Positions 1 to 11,906 of a DNA stretch of 64,000 nt are shown here, in pieces. The notes beneath the pieces are model-generated. The model did not search any database and was not told the origin of the DNA. It saw only the letters and a list, made by a program, of their open reading frames with translations. This DNA is from Cycas panzhihuaensis (Eukaryota; Plantae; Cycadophyta), in NCBI GenBank assembly GCA_023213395.1, contig CM041465.1, positions 206,653,741 through 206,717,740 of the forward strand, in the 5' to 3' direction. Numbering within the stretch: position 1 is the first letter of the stretch; each line of letters opens with the position of its first letter. Position numbers and translations under genes: made by a program.

Positions 1-560
1 AGTCCATATTTATTTTGACTAAATGATTAATAACTTTGATAATATATATTCTTTAAGAGATTTTGTCATATCTAGTTCCACACATATTTTAACAACCCTA
101 CACATTATATAATTGAGAGTGGTATCATCCAGTTTAACTACATTCCCTATCATTGCTTTTATTTTAATTAAACATTCTATTTCATAAAATTCATCATGAA
201 GGAATGGAAATCAGACCCAAATAGGAATTTTAAGGGTACAAGGGTTATTCAGATCAAATATGGACACCCATCATTGGAGAGCTAATCACTATATCCACAT
301 GAACCATGGATCACCATAGAGAATATTTTCTAGATCTATAGGATTTACAAAATATATATTGAAAGAACCCTTGCCTTTTAATTTAAATGTTGCTTATCTA
401 GTTAATAAGTTCCCCCATGTTGAGTTAGCCCATTCTTCCAGTGACTATACTGGAGGATACATATTATTAAACTTACCACTTAGGGTTTTGGCTTAGAGCT
501 CTACACATATATCTTGAATATCTTCTAAAGGGAAAGTTATTATGTCCCTCTCTTGATTGA
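1..560 (-). mobile_element. L1-clade LINE, degenerate ORF1 (DUF4283-like region); element continues off the left edge, 5' UTR probably extends to ~1260
   Basis: Minus-strand translation with stops and frameshifts: TLSGKF..SLEEWANSTWG..GKGSFNIYFVNPIDLENILYGDPWF..KIPIWV*FPFLHDEFYEIECLIKIKAMIGNVVKLDDTT..VKICVELDMTKSL. This is the typical plant L1 ORF1 pattern (GPW / PIWVxxPxL / IGxxxxxDxxT / RICVExD). Confidence 0.85.
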
Positions 561-1825
561 TGTTCCCTGGTAATTCCTACTACATGCTCTAATCATATGT
601 TAGTAGTTGATTATCGTCATAGTGTTGTTGATTATGAGTATTTGATCCTCTCTCATCGAAGTAAACAAATTCGTAAACTGAGTGTAAAATGCTCTTCTGC
701 TGGAATTCTAACAACCCTATTTAGATTTACTTTAGCTTCAATCTCTCTTGGAGAGATTCCATAGCCCATATAGATTAGGGTTTCATATTTTAAGGACCTA
801 TATTTATATGATTATGACCATGTAAGGGGCTTTCGTCCATACCCAATTATTTTTCCCTATGCAATAGGTAGGGATACTACCATGTGAGAACATAAGGTAA
901 AATAATAAAAAATATAAATAAGTACCTATTAGAACCACTAAATATCAAGCCTCCCAACTACATTCTTGGTAAGCTATACTTTTCTTTCAAAAACACCCTT
1001 ATCACCACTAGATCAAAAAAATCCACTTAGGGAAAATCCTTGGTCTGTGGTTTCCAGAAGATAATATTTGATCTAAGTAGTATGATAATCCCTAGGAACC
1101 CAGACCAAGACCAAATTCAGAAGGGAAAAGGTGCCAAAATAGCAATAATTTTATTGCCCATAGTCTCTTCATCATTGACCAATATAAATCTTTTTCCATG
1201 AATTATAGACCCTCATTGCTCATCGCATAAGTATATTTATAGCCTTCTAAATTGGATAGCACAACCCAAAAAGAAAGTTCTAGAATAATTAATTTTTGAT
1301 AGTAATAATTAATTATTAACAAATAAATATTCTTAATAATAATAAATATTTAATAAAAATAATAATTAGCGAAAGTTCTGAGCAAGAAATTTCTAGCAAA
1401 AATGCTAGTGATTACTTATTATTATCAAATAAAATAATCATTATTATTACTAATTACCATTTATTTCTATGTTTAAAAAAATAAAAATCATTAGTAATAA
1501 TAATAAATACAAATAACATATAACTAATGACATGAACAATATCTATATACAATCATATAATATTATGCTTATCATAAAAATTTAACTTGTTAATAATACT
1601 GATATTAAAAATAATGATGATATACTAAGAAACAATGATGATCAAATTATAACTAATCAACTATATGCTTCTAATATAGTTAAGAATAATAACCACAATA
1701 ATATAATTCATAGCATTTTACTCATATCAATAATACTAATAGTAAAAGCCCTCTTTCAAGTTTAGGTTACATTGCATACAGAAACCTACCATGTAGTTTC
1801 ATATCATTGTGCTAACTATGTGGTC

Positions 1826-2780
1826 AAAAAGCATAGGTCTTTTGATTTACTTTTTGGATTTTTCTTATGACATATTTACTTTCATTTAATTTAGAACAAT
1901 AATCAAACGTAAAAAGTAGGAAACTTCATAGTAAATCAAAATCCTTTACTTATGAAATAGTTGTGTTTATCAATCCTAGCCACTCTCTGGAACCAATGTA
2001 TATAATTACATGTGTTAGTGCCAAACCTCATGATTTATGAATTATCAAAGCCCATGCTAGATGAATGGGTAATTGCCACATACTTCCTCTATTAATTAGC
2101 CTGATTGACATAATATTTCATATCTCCTATTTCTATGAACCAATAGCATAGTTATCAAAATAAATAAGTATATAAGATAGGAACTTTGGTGGCACTACTT
2201 TAACCATGTAGATAATAATTTAAACTATTCCAAATATGCCATTTTCCAATCTAGCATTAGTCTAGAGGTTCAATGTTGACATCACTTTAGTCCCCACAAC
2301 AATGAGTACTTTCATATCTAATTATTCTTCAATGTCTATTTGGCCTAAATATTGAATTCTTTTTTTTCTAAAATTTAAGCAATAAGTTAGTTAAGTAACC
2401 TTAACATTTGTCTATTGTGATCTTGCATTTGTTTATTTGTTGAGAAAATGTATGCACTTTTTCTAAACAATTTATTAACACCCAAAGCAATGCCATTAGT
2501 TATATGTGGTATTAATAGAATCTAATCATGAATAACTAGAATTACATCTCTAGGATTATGGAGTATATTCTTAAACCTCTATTATTAGGGAGTATCACTA
2601 TAATGATGAAAGATAATATTAAGAGTGATGATACACTTGACTTAAAAGTACAATCTTTTTACTAATCTCTATCCTGCATATAACGTATTATCCATGACAA
2701 AAGGTAATTACCCTAAGTCATCTATCAATATCATTACTTAATTACCAAATGATTTATCCATTTATGCTAGGAAAATCTCA
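1826..2780 (-). pseudogene. Decayed Pif1-family (SF1B) DNA helicase, C-terminal half; probably from a rolling-circle (Helitron-like) transposon
   Basis: Minus-strand motifs in the expected order: DKSFGN*VMILIDDLG*LPFVMDNTLYAG (~2757-2675), VLIVVGTKVMSTLNL*TNARLENGIFGIV (~2309-2223), QLPIHLAWALIIHKS*GLALTHVIIYIGSREWLGLINTTIS*VKD (~2076-1940). Cut at 2780 by an LTR insertion; Walker A and Rep domains are not seen. Confidence 0.85.
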
Positions 2781-5000
2781 TGTTAGTGGCCATCTACATG
2801 TTGGAATATTAATAATGCACATTTGTTTTGTCCCACATGCAAGTGGATGCCACTCTCACTATCATGTCATGTATTATAAATACACACATAGTGTATCATA
2901 TGATGTATTTCTTGTAAAGATGTTTTGTTAATTCAATTTGAGGTACCTTAAGGGTACCATTTGATCCTGGAGGTGCTTTTGTTTTATTTGCAATTTTGTT
3001 CTATTTGCAAATATTTTCTTATTGTAGGTTTGATTTCCAACATGGTATCATAACCATTTTGAGCGATATTTGTTGATTCGATTTGTTAGTGAAACCCTAG
3101 ATCTATTGATGAGTGAGGAGGTGTTCACCAAAATTGCTAAATAGTACCATTCTCTAGTTAACTCATGATCCTATTCGTGGCTCATTATTGTGAAAGAAGA
3201 AACGTATAGTCTATTCATTTAATTCCATTGACATTAAAACACCCTATGCCATGCCTTAGTTGTACCATCTCTATTTGTGGGTTTGTGATAGTGTTGAAGT
3301 AATACCCCTAACTATTATTGGTGCCCTGTGGTAGCTATGGAGACTAACTTATGTCGTGAAGTTATATGAAGCGTGTCCGTGGTCCATTGAAGTGTTGTAT
3401 ACTCTTAAGGGTTTGATAGTCATTTGTGAAATATCTTATAGTTTGAGTTTGTGATTGTACCCTTATAGTTGCTCGTTGTTCTATTTATTGTTTGTGTACA
3501 TGGTTGATGTATGCATTGTATTATTGACACCATACTGTACTTACTTCATGTGATCTAGGTGTTGGTATTTATTTACACTTTAATTATGGTGTTATCATGG
3601 TAGTCAGTTCTCATCATTGAAACTATTACTCTGTGTGTTCTGTTTGCAACCTACTTGTGTATCATATGTCAACGTCTGTGGAGTTTGAGTTTTGTCTATC
3701 TATCATTGTCCTCTAGACTTATTGATTCATCACTCTTTTTCGATAAATTACATATCCTATGATATCCATGTGTAGTAGGATCCTTAAATAAGTTTTGTGT
3801 AGTCACCGTTGGAGATTTCCATATAGTTGTCATAAAAAAGTGAAAAGGGCTTGTAAGTTGCTGTAATTACATATAAAATTTGAGTTGTAGATTTATTTAT
3901 TATCTCTTGGATGTTATATATAAAGTCTACCATCATTTTTTAATATATGAGTTGTCAATCCTCACATTATCACCTCTGGTCAATTGATTGGATTCTTCCT
4001 TGCATCATCTCTAGAGTGCAGGTTTATGCATCTACTCCATCAATCGTGGAAACCCTACTACATGCATTTACGTGTTTAGGGTGTCATTACTCTTCATCCT
4101 TCTTATTGCCACACCCTCACTATGAGCTCATAGAGATCATTGCATTGTGCCTATTATTCATGCGAAGTCATTGCTATTTCCTATGTTGCCCTTACTTGCT
4201 CATAGAGATTATGCCTTAGTACAATTTTCATAATCATGCTTGATCAATTTCTAAATTTGATTCAATTCAATTTGTCATTTGATAAATTCTCCATGTAGTT
4301 TGTCATTATCTTTAAGAGATCGCTGCTTTGTGAGTGTGAAGACGAGGTACATATAAAGTAGCCATAGACGCCAAATCGTTTTTGAGTGGAAAGTGTACAA
4401 GGTTTTCCATTTTTACATAGTTGTAAGGAGTATGCGTTATGCCATGGTTTCACGATTGTGATTCACAAGTTTGTAGCAAAGCCTTTGATCGCATTGATCA
4501 CCATGACATATTACAACAAATCAAAGGTATTTTTTTAAATATAGTTTTTGACCTTTTCCTCTCAAGTCACTTTGTGTAATATTTAATCAAAATTTGATAT
4601 CATCTTTTGATTTATTAAAGTGACATGAGTATCTCTTATCGCCGCCTGAATTTATATTTTGGAGTCACCTGCGTTAATATTGAGCCATACCCATTATCTT
4701 TCATACTCTTGGATCAATGCTTCATATCAAGTTTATCCTTTTGATTAATGTGTAATATTGAGTGGAATTAATTTATATTGAAGTGACCATTGTCTCATTG
4801 GTACAATCCATTTTGGTTGATATATTTATTGGCTTGATGGATATTTAAGAGAGCTCTACTATGAGTTCTATCATCTACTTAAATTATATGACATAAACAT
4901 CTCACTAAGGAACATTTACTTAAGATTGTGCTACCTTATATTATCATTTTTAGCGCATTTACTTCATAAGTTAATGATTTATGTGACATCATAATATTAA
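2781..5000 (+). mobile_element. Old Copia-like LTR element fragment: 5' LTR 2781-3042 plus heavily decayed internal region; partner LTR not found in the window
   Basis: tgttag...ccaaca (262 bp) followed directly by the tRNA-iMet PBS-like tggtatcataacc at 3043. Only faint RNase H-like traces near 4780-4980. Right boundary approximate. Confidence 0.55.
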
Positions 5001-8000
5001 TATATGCCTTTGCTATATAGGAAGAGTAGATAGTAGAGGGACATTACATGCACTAAGTAGGCTTGTGTTATCTATTCTTGACTGTGCTAAGAAATTCATT
5101 ACATGATGTACTACATTCTCACATTCGTAGATATAAGTCCAATCATAGTTGATGCCATAATCTCACTGCGTTAGTAGATTACATTTATTGACTAGAAGCA
5201 CATGTTTAAGTTCACAACCAACTAAAATATCCCCTTCTCTTTTATCATTTGGTCTATCTCTTCCACTTATGTCTTCATCTTCCTCATCATCCATCTTGTC
5301 TTACATAATCAAAACATGATCAACATGCCAAGTAGTATACATAGACACTCTCTACTTTTGCACTATGTCCTCTCTATCAAGGCTAATGCTAACTCTAAAA
5401 TAATAAAATGATTAATAAACAATCATTTTTCGCTAGAGAAAAAAAAATTGTATACATGAGTTATAAGATCTTTAGGATCAACACTCATTATAATCTTTAC
5501 CAATACATCGTGGTAGCTTTTAAATCTTTATTTAACCTTAATGTCATATTTTTAAATATACATAATCATAACATGTTTAGAAATAATAAGTTTCTAAACC
5601 ATGTTCATACTTCACATCATAAGCACTTTACAATTATAATGATTAAGTTTATAATTATTTGACCAAGGCTAATATTTCTTATTACCTCTCACTTCCATAT
5701 GAAGCTTGGAAGCACTAGGTAAAGTCCACATAAAATTATAGTAAATTTTATTAAGTTTCCAACCTTAAAAAGATAGTACCTCTTACTATATTTAGTGTAG
5801 CACTATCCATGGTTCATAAGCTCCTTTTAATCATCCCTTATTTTCTTTAAGAAAATAGATATTGTATCCATCAAAAAAGGATTACTAGAATATTTCACAT
5901 TCAAATGGCATGCTTATTATATACATTGTGAGGATTCCAAGCATGCACCTTTAACTCATCTAAATTGATAATATCTATGTTTGGTACACCTTCTAACCAA
6001 AGGAAATTGTGAATGTGACTTGAGCCCTTGTTTTTCCATTTGTACTAACTATAAAAATCAATAATACTATATAATATACATAAGACCTTCTTTTAAAATA
6101 AGGAATGTTACAAAGTTTAAGTACCCTATAATAATGTGTAGATAGTTCATATCATTTTGATGTCTCCAACATAGGCTATTTAAATCTTAGTTAGGCATAT
6201 CTTTGTCATTAAATCATATAAATTAGACCATTGCATTCCCCTTAAACTTAATGTAAAGAATACCATAGGTGAGGCCAATTACTAGATCATGTATGTCACT
6301 TGATTATGACATTTATTCTAATAACCACAAGTGCTTCTCAAAGTTGTTATGTATTTGATTAACCTCTAAGTAAGTCTATCATTTGGAATAGACTAGAGGT
6401 GATAACATAGCTCATCCATAGTAATAAGCAATCTATCTTCTATATTTTAGTTTACAAAGGAAACTATTAATGCATGCTATCTATAATACATTACCATGTT
6501 CAAAAGACATTGTTAAAATCAAGGATGGATCAAACAATGAGGAACATAATATAGTAGTAAGTTTTATGCATATTCATGCAACCTCACCTCATGGAATCTT
6601 GACTATAACCATATAGCCTCTATAATGTGGAGAATACCATATTAAACAATCCCTCATAGTTGTATTCATTTATGGGGTACAAATCTATCTTAGGCCAATG
6701 TATCATATTCCCTTTACTCAGAATAGAATTCTTAGACCATTACTTTATCCAATTATTCCCATACTATTTATTAGGTGGATTAGTAATAAAAGAGTAGTAC
6801 TATTACAACCATATTACATGATCAATTACATACTTTATGACCATACCATTAAATATTTAAATACTTTCATTAGTTAACTTTATGTATTAGAGCCTGCTAG
6901 AAACATCTACAACCTCCTATAGTATGTCAAAGTCTAAATTTTTATCAATTTGGACATTTTAGTAGTAGCTATCATAACGGATTTTTAATCTAATTGCTTC
7001 CATAACCTTAGACTCTTAGCAATAAAATCATACAATCACCTTGTACCAAACATCTCAATCTATTTAAGTAATACATACGTGATTCCCTCTCCTTACTATA
7101 GATACCTTATAATGTGATCTCTATACTTGTATTACCCACTAGGAATAGGCATCACTTGTAATATTAGATTAACCCTTTCAACCATCACTTCTTTGACCTA
7201 TGTTAGACCCTCCAAGAAAACTAATTAATCTCTTAGATCCACATGATTCCATGCTCATAATTTATACTAGCCTTTAAGCTCTCATTAATATTATAGGCAT
7301 TTAGGGCCTTAAATAATTTTCTTAATATTTAATATAGCATAACACTCCTAACATATGAAACACATGTATATAAAATAAGCTATCAATGTATTCATAGAAG
7401 TAATTATGTATTTCAACTATTTCTTACTTATTTATGTTGCTCCCTAGTAGGTTTTTATTACCTAGAGTGAAAACCATGTTGGGAATTTTCATCAGGCCAT
7501 GAATTTAGGTGGCATTTATTACTTAAAGTGTTTTTTTAATAAAGCCATAATATTTTCTATCAAAATACCATTGTTGAAATCAAGATCTCTAGAGCTTATG
7601 TTATATTTACTATAATTATTAAACATATGAGAAGCATTTTCTTCACTACTTTTTAATAAAGGATTTTAAACTAGTAATACTCAATTAGAAAGATCCCCAT
7701 GCCTTATTTAATTAAGCATGGCAAAGAGACATTAGCATTATTTATTACACTAGGAAAAGGATAATTTGGATATCCAATAATCACCATGTCTAATTTTCTG
7801 ATTAGTTTTAAGATGGAAGGACTATTATTCTTATTTAGTGTGAGGTGCATAGTTTCCAAAGGCATTAAGAATAACCCATCAAGAGCTCTTGGTATAATTC
7901 TCTATAATTAATTTCCAAAATCCAAATCTTCCCTTAATTGACCTTACACAACAATAAATGATAAAAGCAATCTAGCTTGTAATGTGATTTTGAGACCATC

Positions 8001-8900
8001 ACAAGCATTGGCATCCTATTTGCTAGTTAAATACATTATTGTAAGATCTTTATTATTTGACTTATTGGGTGGATAAAACACTCCCCTTAACATTCCTATA
8101 ATCTCTTGAATAGCCCTTCTTAAGTCTCCTAACCTTTCTTAAATATATAATATCTACATCAAATAACAAATGGATCCTAGGACTTGTATTCAAATATCCT
8201 TACCTCTAAATATATAGTGATGATAACCATGATGATGATGGGTATTAATATTAGGAAGGGTAGGAAATAATGATATTTTGATCTCATCACTTACATCTTA
8301 ACTTCTTTTGACCTAATCCTTATCTAGGGTGATGATAAACAACCTTATAATCTTACCTTTAGATGATCAAATATTTTCCCTATATCTTGACCAATTAATA
8401 TAGGAATGATATCATTGTTATTGCCTATAATTAGAATGCCTTGATTAGTATAATACCCTACAACTATAATTTTAAAGATACTACATCTACAATATGCTTT
8501 ATGATGCAAATGACATCTATTTGTATTAACAATACTTGATTTTTATTATGGATAATCCCTAACGATGATATATTTCTAATCCATGGTCATCACTAATATT
8601 ATCTATATTAGGAAAGGTAATAGCTAATGATCTTTGAATATAATCTCTTGTATCATACATTTGTCCAACCCAATCCTCATCCAAGGACAATGATATACCA
8701 CCTCACTATATCACTTGTAGCATAATAAATATTCCCCTTGTCTCCTGATTAATTGAGTTGTTAATGATAGCATTTCTATTACTTGGAATGAGAAAATCTC
8801 TATTAGTGGAATCTACTACACCCATAATTTTAGAAATACTATGCCTGCAATATGATTTATGACCTTAATAACGTATGGCTATATTAACCATTTCTTATTA
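5000..8900 (-). mobile_element. Very degenerate Gypsy-like element remnant (probable 3' LTR ~5000-5220, pol relics ~5600-8100)
   Basis: Purine tract aaaagagaagggg on the minus strand at 5231-5243, next to an LTR-like segment. Only scattered pol-like peptide traces; boundaries uncertain. Confidence 0.35.
8222..8895. repeat. Diverged tandem duplication, two units with a period of ~355 bp
   Basis: Colinear anchors: atattaggaagggta (8249) / atattaggaaaggta (8606); cctaatccttatctaggg / cccaatcctcatccaagg; ataattttaaagatactacatctacaatatg / ataattttagaaatactatgcctgcaatatg. Confidence 0.75.
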
Positions 8901-8916
8901 ACAACCATTATTAGAT

Positions 8917-10432
8917 TATAACAATCCAAAAAATTATTAAATAATAAGTAGGGTTTAAATAGGAAGTTGATTTTTATAGTGACCCTAAAATTATTAAATA
9001 ATAAAAAGTTGGATTTTATGTAATTAAGAAGTTAATATTTTATTATTAATATTATTATTATAGTCATTTTTTAAATAAGGAGCCACATTAGCACCTATAA
9101 AGAAGGGAGACCCTTAATTTATTATTTAAGTTTTATTTTTTATATTAATCCTAATTTATTTGACACCCAATCACTAAGGAAATTAATGTCTATTCAATTT
9201 TTATTTCAACTTTCTCTTAATTTTATTAAAGTAGATCCATTTTAGGATCGCTTCTAGTGGTATAGAGCTTTACTTTTGATCTATTAGAGATCTATATATT
9301 TTTGATTATAAATAAATGAATTTGGGAAAAGTAATCACATGTTTAAGAAGACCAGTTTATAAATTTTAAGTGGTTATACTATAGATTTTAGAGAGAAATT
9401 ATGAAATTTATAGGGAATTTAATTTTAACCTACTATCTATTGTTGTTCTTAGGGCTTAAAATATGCTATTGCAATATCAAATGATAATACATTAGACTAA
9501 AAATATCTAATTGACCTTAATTATTCTTTGAATCCAAACATCTCAAAGTCTATTTTTTTTAGAAGTGCTTTTATCTCTATTAGATATTATACTAAAAAGT
9601 TATTAGAATTTTAGTAATAAGCAATACTATAGTCTTTGAAACCCCTAATTGTAACTTACTTTAAAAAGGCTATAACTTTTATTATAGGTATCCGAATTTA
9701 ATTATGTCTAAACTATTGGAACCCTAATTAAGAGGCCATTATTTTAAGTTATGATTTGATGCATTTTGGAATTAAGTTAATATAATAATTATTATTTTGA
9801 AGTTAATGTCTAATGATGGAGCTAATTATCCCTATTTTCATTAGAAGTAGAGGAGTGCAACCTATAGAATATCTAGATAAGATTGAAATAGGCCTTAAAA
9901 TCTCATCCCAAGTAATATAAGGAGATTTTTACTTAATTATATTTCTATATTTAAATGGAAAACTTTATGAATAGGCCTCTAATAAACTCCCTTTAATTAA
10001 TTTCAAACTCTTCTCAAGATATTTTCTCAAAATCTTTAATAAAATAATTAAAATATGGTAGAGTGAATATTAGAAGGATGATATTAATTTATCCTTCATA
10101 AAGTTTAAAAACAAATGTCTAGGGGAAGACAATAAAAAAAAGACTTCAAGAGGTATGGAATAGGATCCGAGAGACCCTAGCCAAATAAAAAGCTCATAAG
10201 GAGAAGGTAAAATATTGGGAAGAAAACAAGAGAGAACCAACTAATCAAATTAAGGAATAATCTAGTGAGGAGCCTGCTATTGAGCCATGCAATGAAAAGG
10301 TAAGTGATTATATTTAAGAACAACCTAAAGAGGAGCTTATTAATAAACAATATAATAAAATGACAAATAAAACACATGAATCAAGTGAGGTTGAGGAAGA
10401 ATTTAAGGTATAAGACAACTCTAAAAAGGCAT
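8917..10432 (+). mobile_element. Gypsy-like element 5' part: LTR ~8917-9256, PBS, decayed gag; interrupted at 10433
   Basis: tataacaatcc (a decayed tgtaac.. start) to gcttcta, then PBS-like tggtatagagc at 9258-9268. Gag-like MELIIPIF..EYLDKIE..FLYLNGKLYE* from ~9815. Confidence 0.5.
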
Positions 10433-11906
10433 TACTACCCTCCATTTATGGTCCTTGTTAAAGAAAAAACATGTAAATAAATAAAATAAGCCATGACTTT
10501 AGTAATAGAAGAAGAAGACTATGTAGATTAAGAGATTAACCTATTGGTTTTGAAGATCATTATAAGTTGGGTTATGAAGCACTCATAAAAGTTAGTAATG
10601 ATTAGAATTTATGTTTTATTAAATTTTTTATGATGGCTTTATAAAGTCAAAAGATATCTAGTAAGCATTCGAGAATTATTTAAGTCCAGAGGGTATTATA
10701 CGTGTTGTAGTAAGTTTCATAAGTTTCACTCAATCTTATATATGGAAATATATAAATAGAGTTTTATTCAAAAGAATAAAGTAACAAGAGTAAGTAAATA
10801 TGGCAAAGGACTTATGTAGGAAAAGAATAATGATCAAGTCATTATCACAAGTTATTGTCCCATAAGAAGACTCTATTTTAGAATAATTTTCAAGAAAGAG
10901 ATGATGACATGGGAAGTGTCAACATGAGAAACACCTCATACAAGAAAGACTAATGTAGAAGAATAAAAGAGCAAGATAATTCCTATACATTATTATTCTA
11001 CAAGGACTTATTTAAAAACAGTTTTTAGAAAAATGTGTGTTGATATAGGAAAGATTGATACATGATGGAAGCACCTGGGAAAAGAAAAGTTATATATTGA
11101 ACCCACAAGGTGAGTTCCCATACATATGCTTATGTCAAGAGATATAGCTCCCAAGAATATGCATTTATATGGGAAGCCATGATTTGCAAAAGAGATAGTG
11201 AACAAGTAGTTTCTACAAATTATTCTCATATATGAAAGCTTTTTCTTACAATACTTTTAAAATGAAAACCCCTATGCAAGTAAGGCCACCATGAGAAGTA
11301 ACTATATGGGACTATAATTCTGAGATTCAAATATTTATAAGAGCATACTTTTAAGAGTAATTTCCTAACTAGACATACAAAGTACAAGATTACAAATATA
11401 ATTTGGGCCCTTGATTCAAAATACAATTTAAATTTTAGTCATTGATATCCCATAATATACCATGATTAAAGTCCAATTACTTGATGTGATGATGCCCTAA
11501 TGACTTCGGTAATGCTAACACACCATTAATATGATTATATACCTAACTTATAAGAAATAAATACATGGTTATAACTATAAGACATAAAGTAGTTATTAAT
11601 TTGCACCATGTACCCTGATCTCATTTTAATGGTTATAAAATAAGGTTTCAATGTGAAGGAGATTATACAAAGTGCATAGCCTATAGGTAAAAAGATTAGA
11701 ATTTTAAATTAAATGATTTAATTAGAATAGGGCTTTCACATAAGAAATTAAAATGATGTCATGGTAGGTAAATTTACAAAAGATTAACAAGATATGTTAT
11801 ACCCTTAATTATATAATAGCCATGGGATACACAAATCATATGGCATTCAAAGAGTTACCTCAGATAAATAGTTAATTATGGAAATCAAATTAATTCAAAT
11901 TAATTT

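Noticed and set aside
5161-5165. tctca as the right-hand TSD of the 2781 element
   Set aside because: It is not preceded by a second LTR copy, and the helicase frame does not resume after it.
5020-5400. Loose inverted similarity between ~5030-5090 and ~5320-5385 (possible MITE)
   Set aside because: Too gapped to separate from chance in AT-rich DNA; no TSD.
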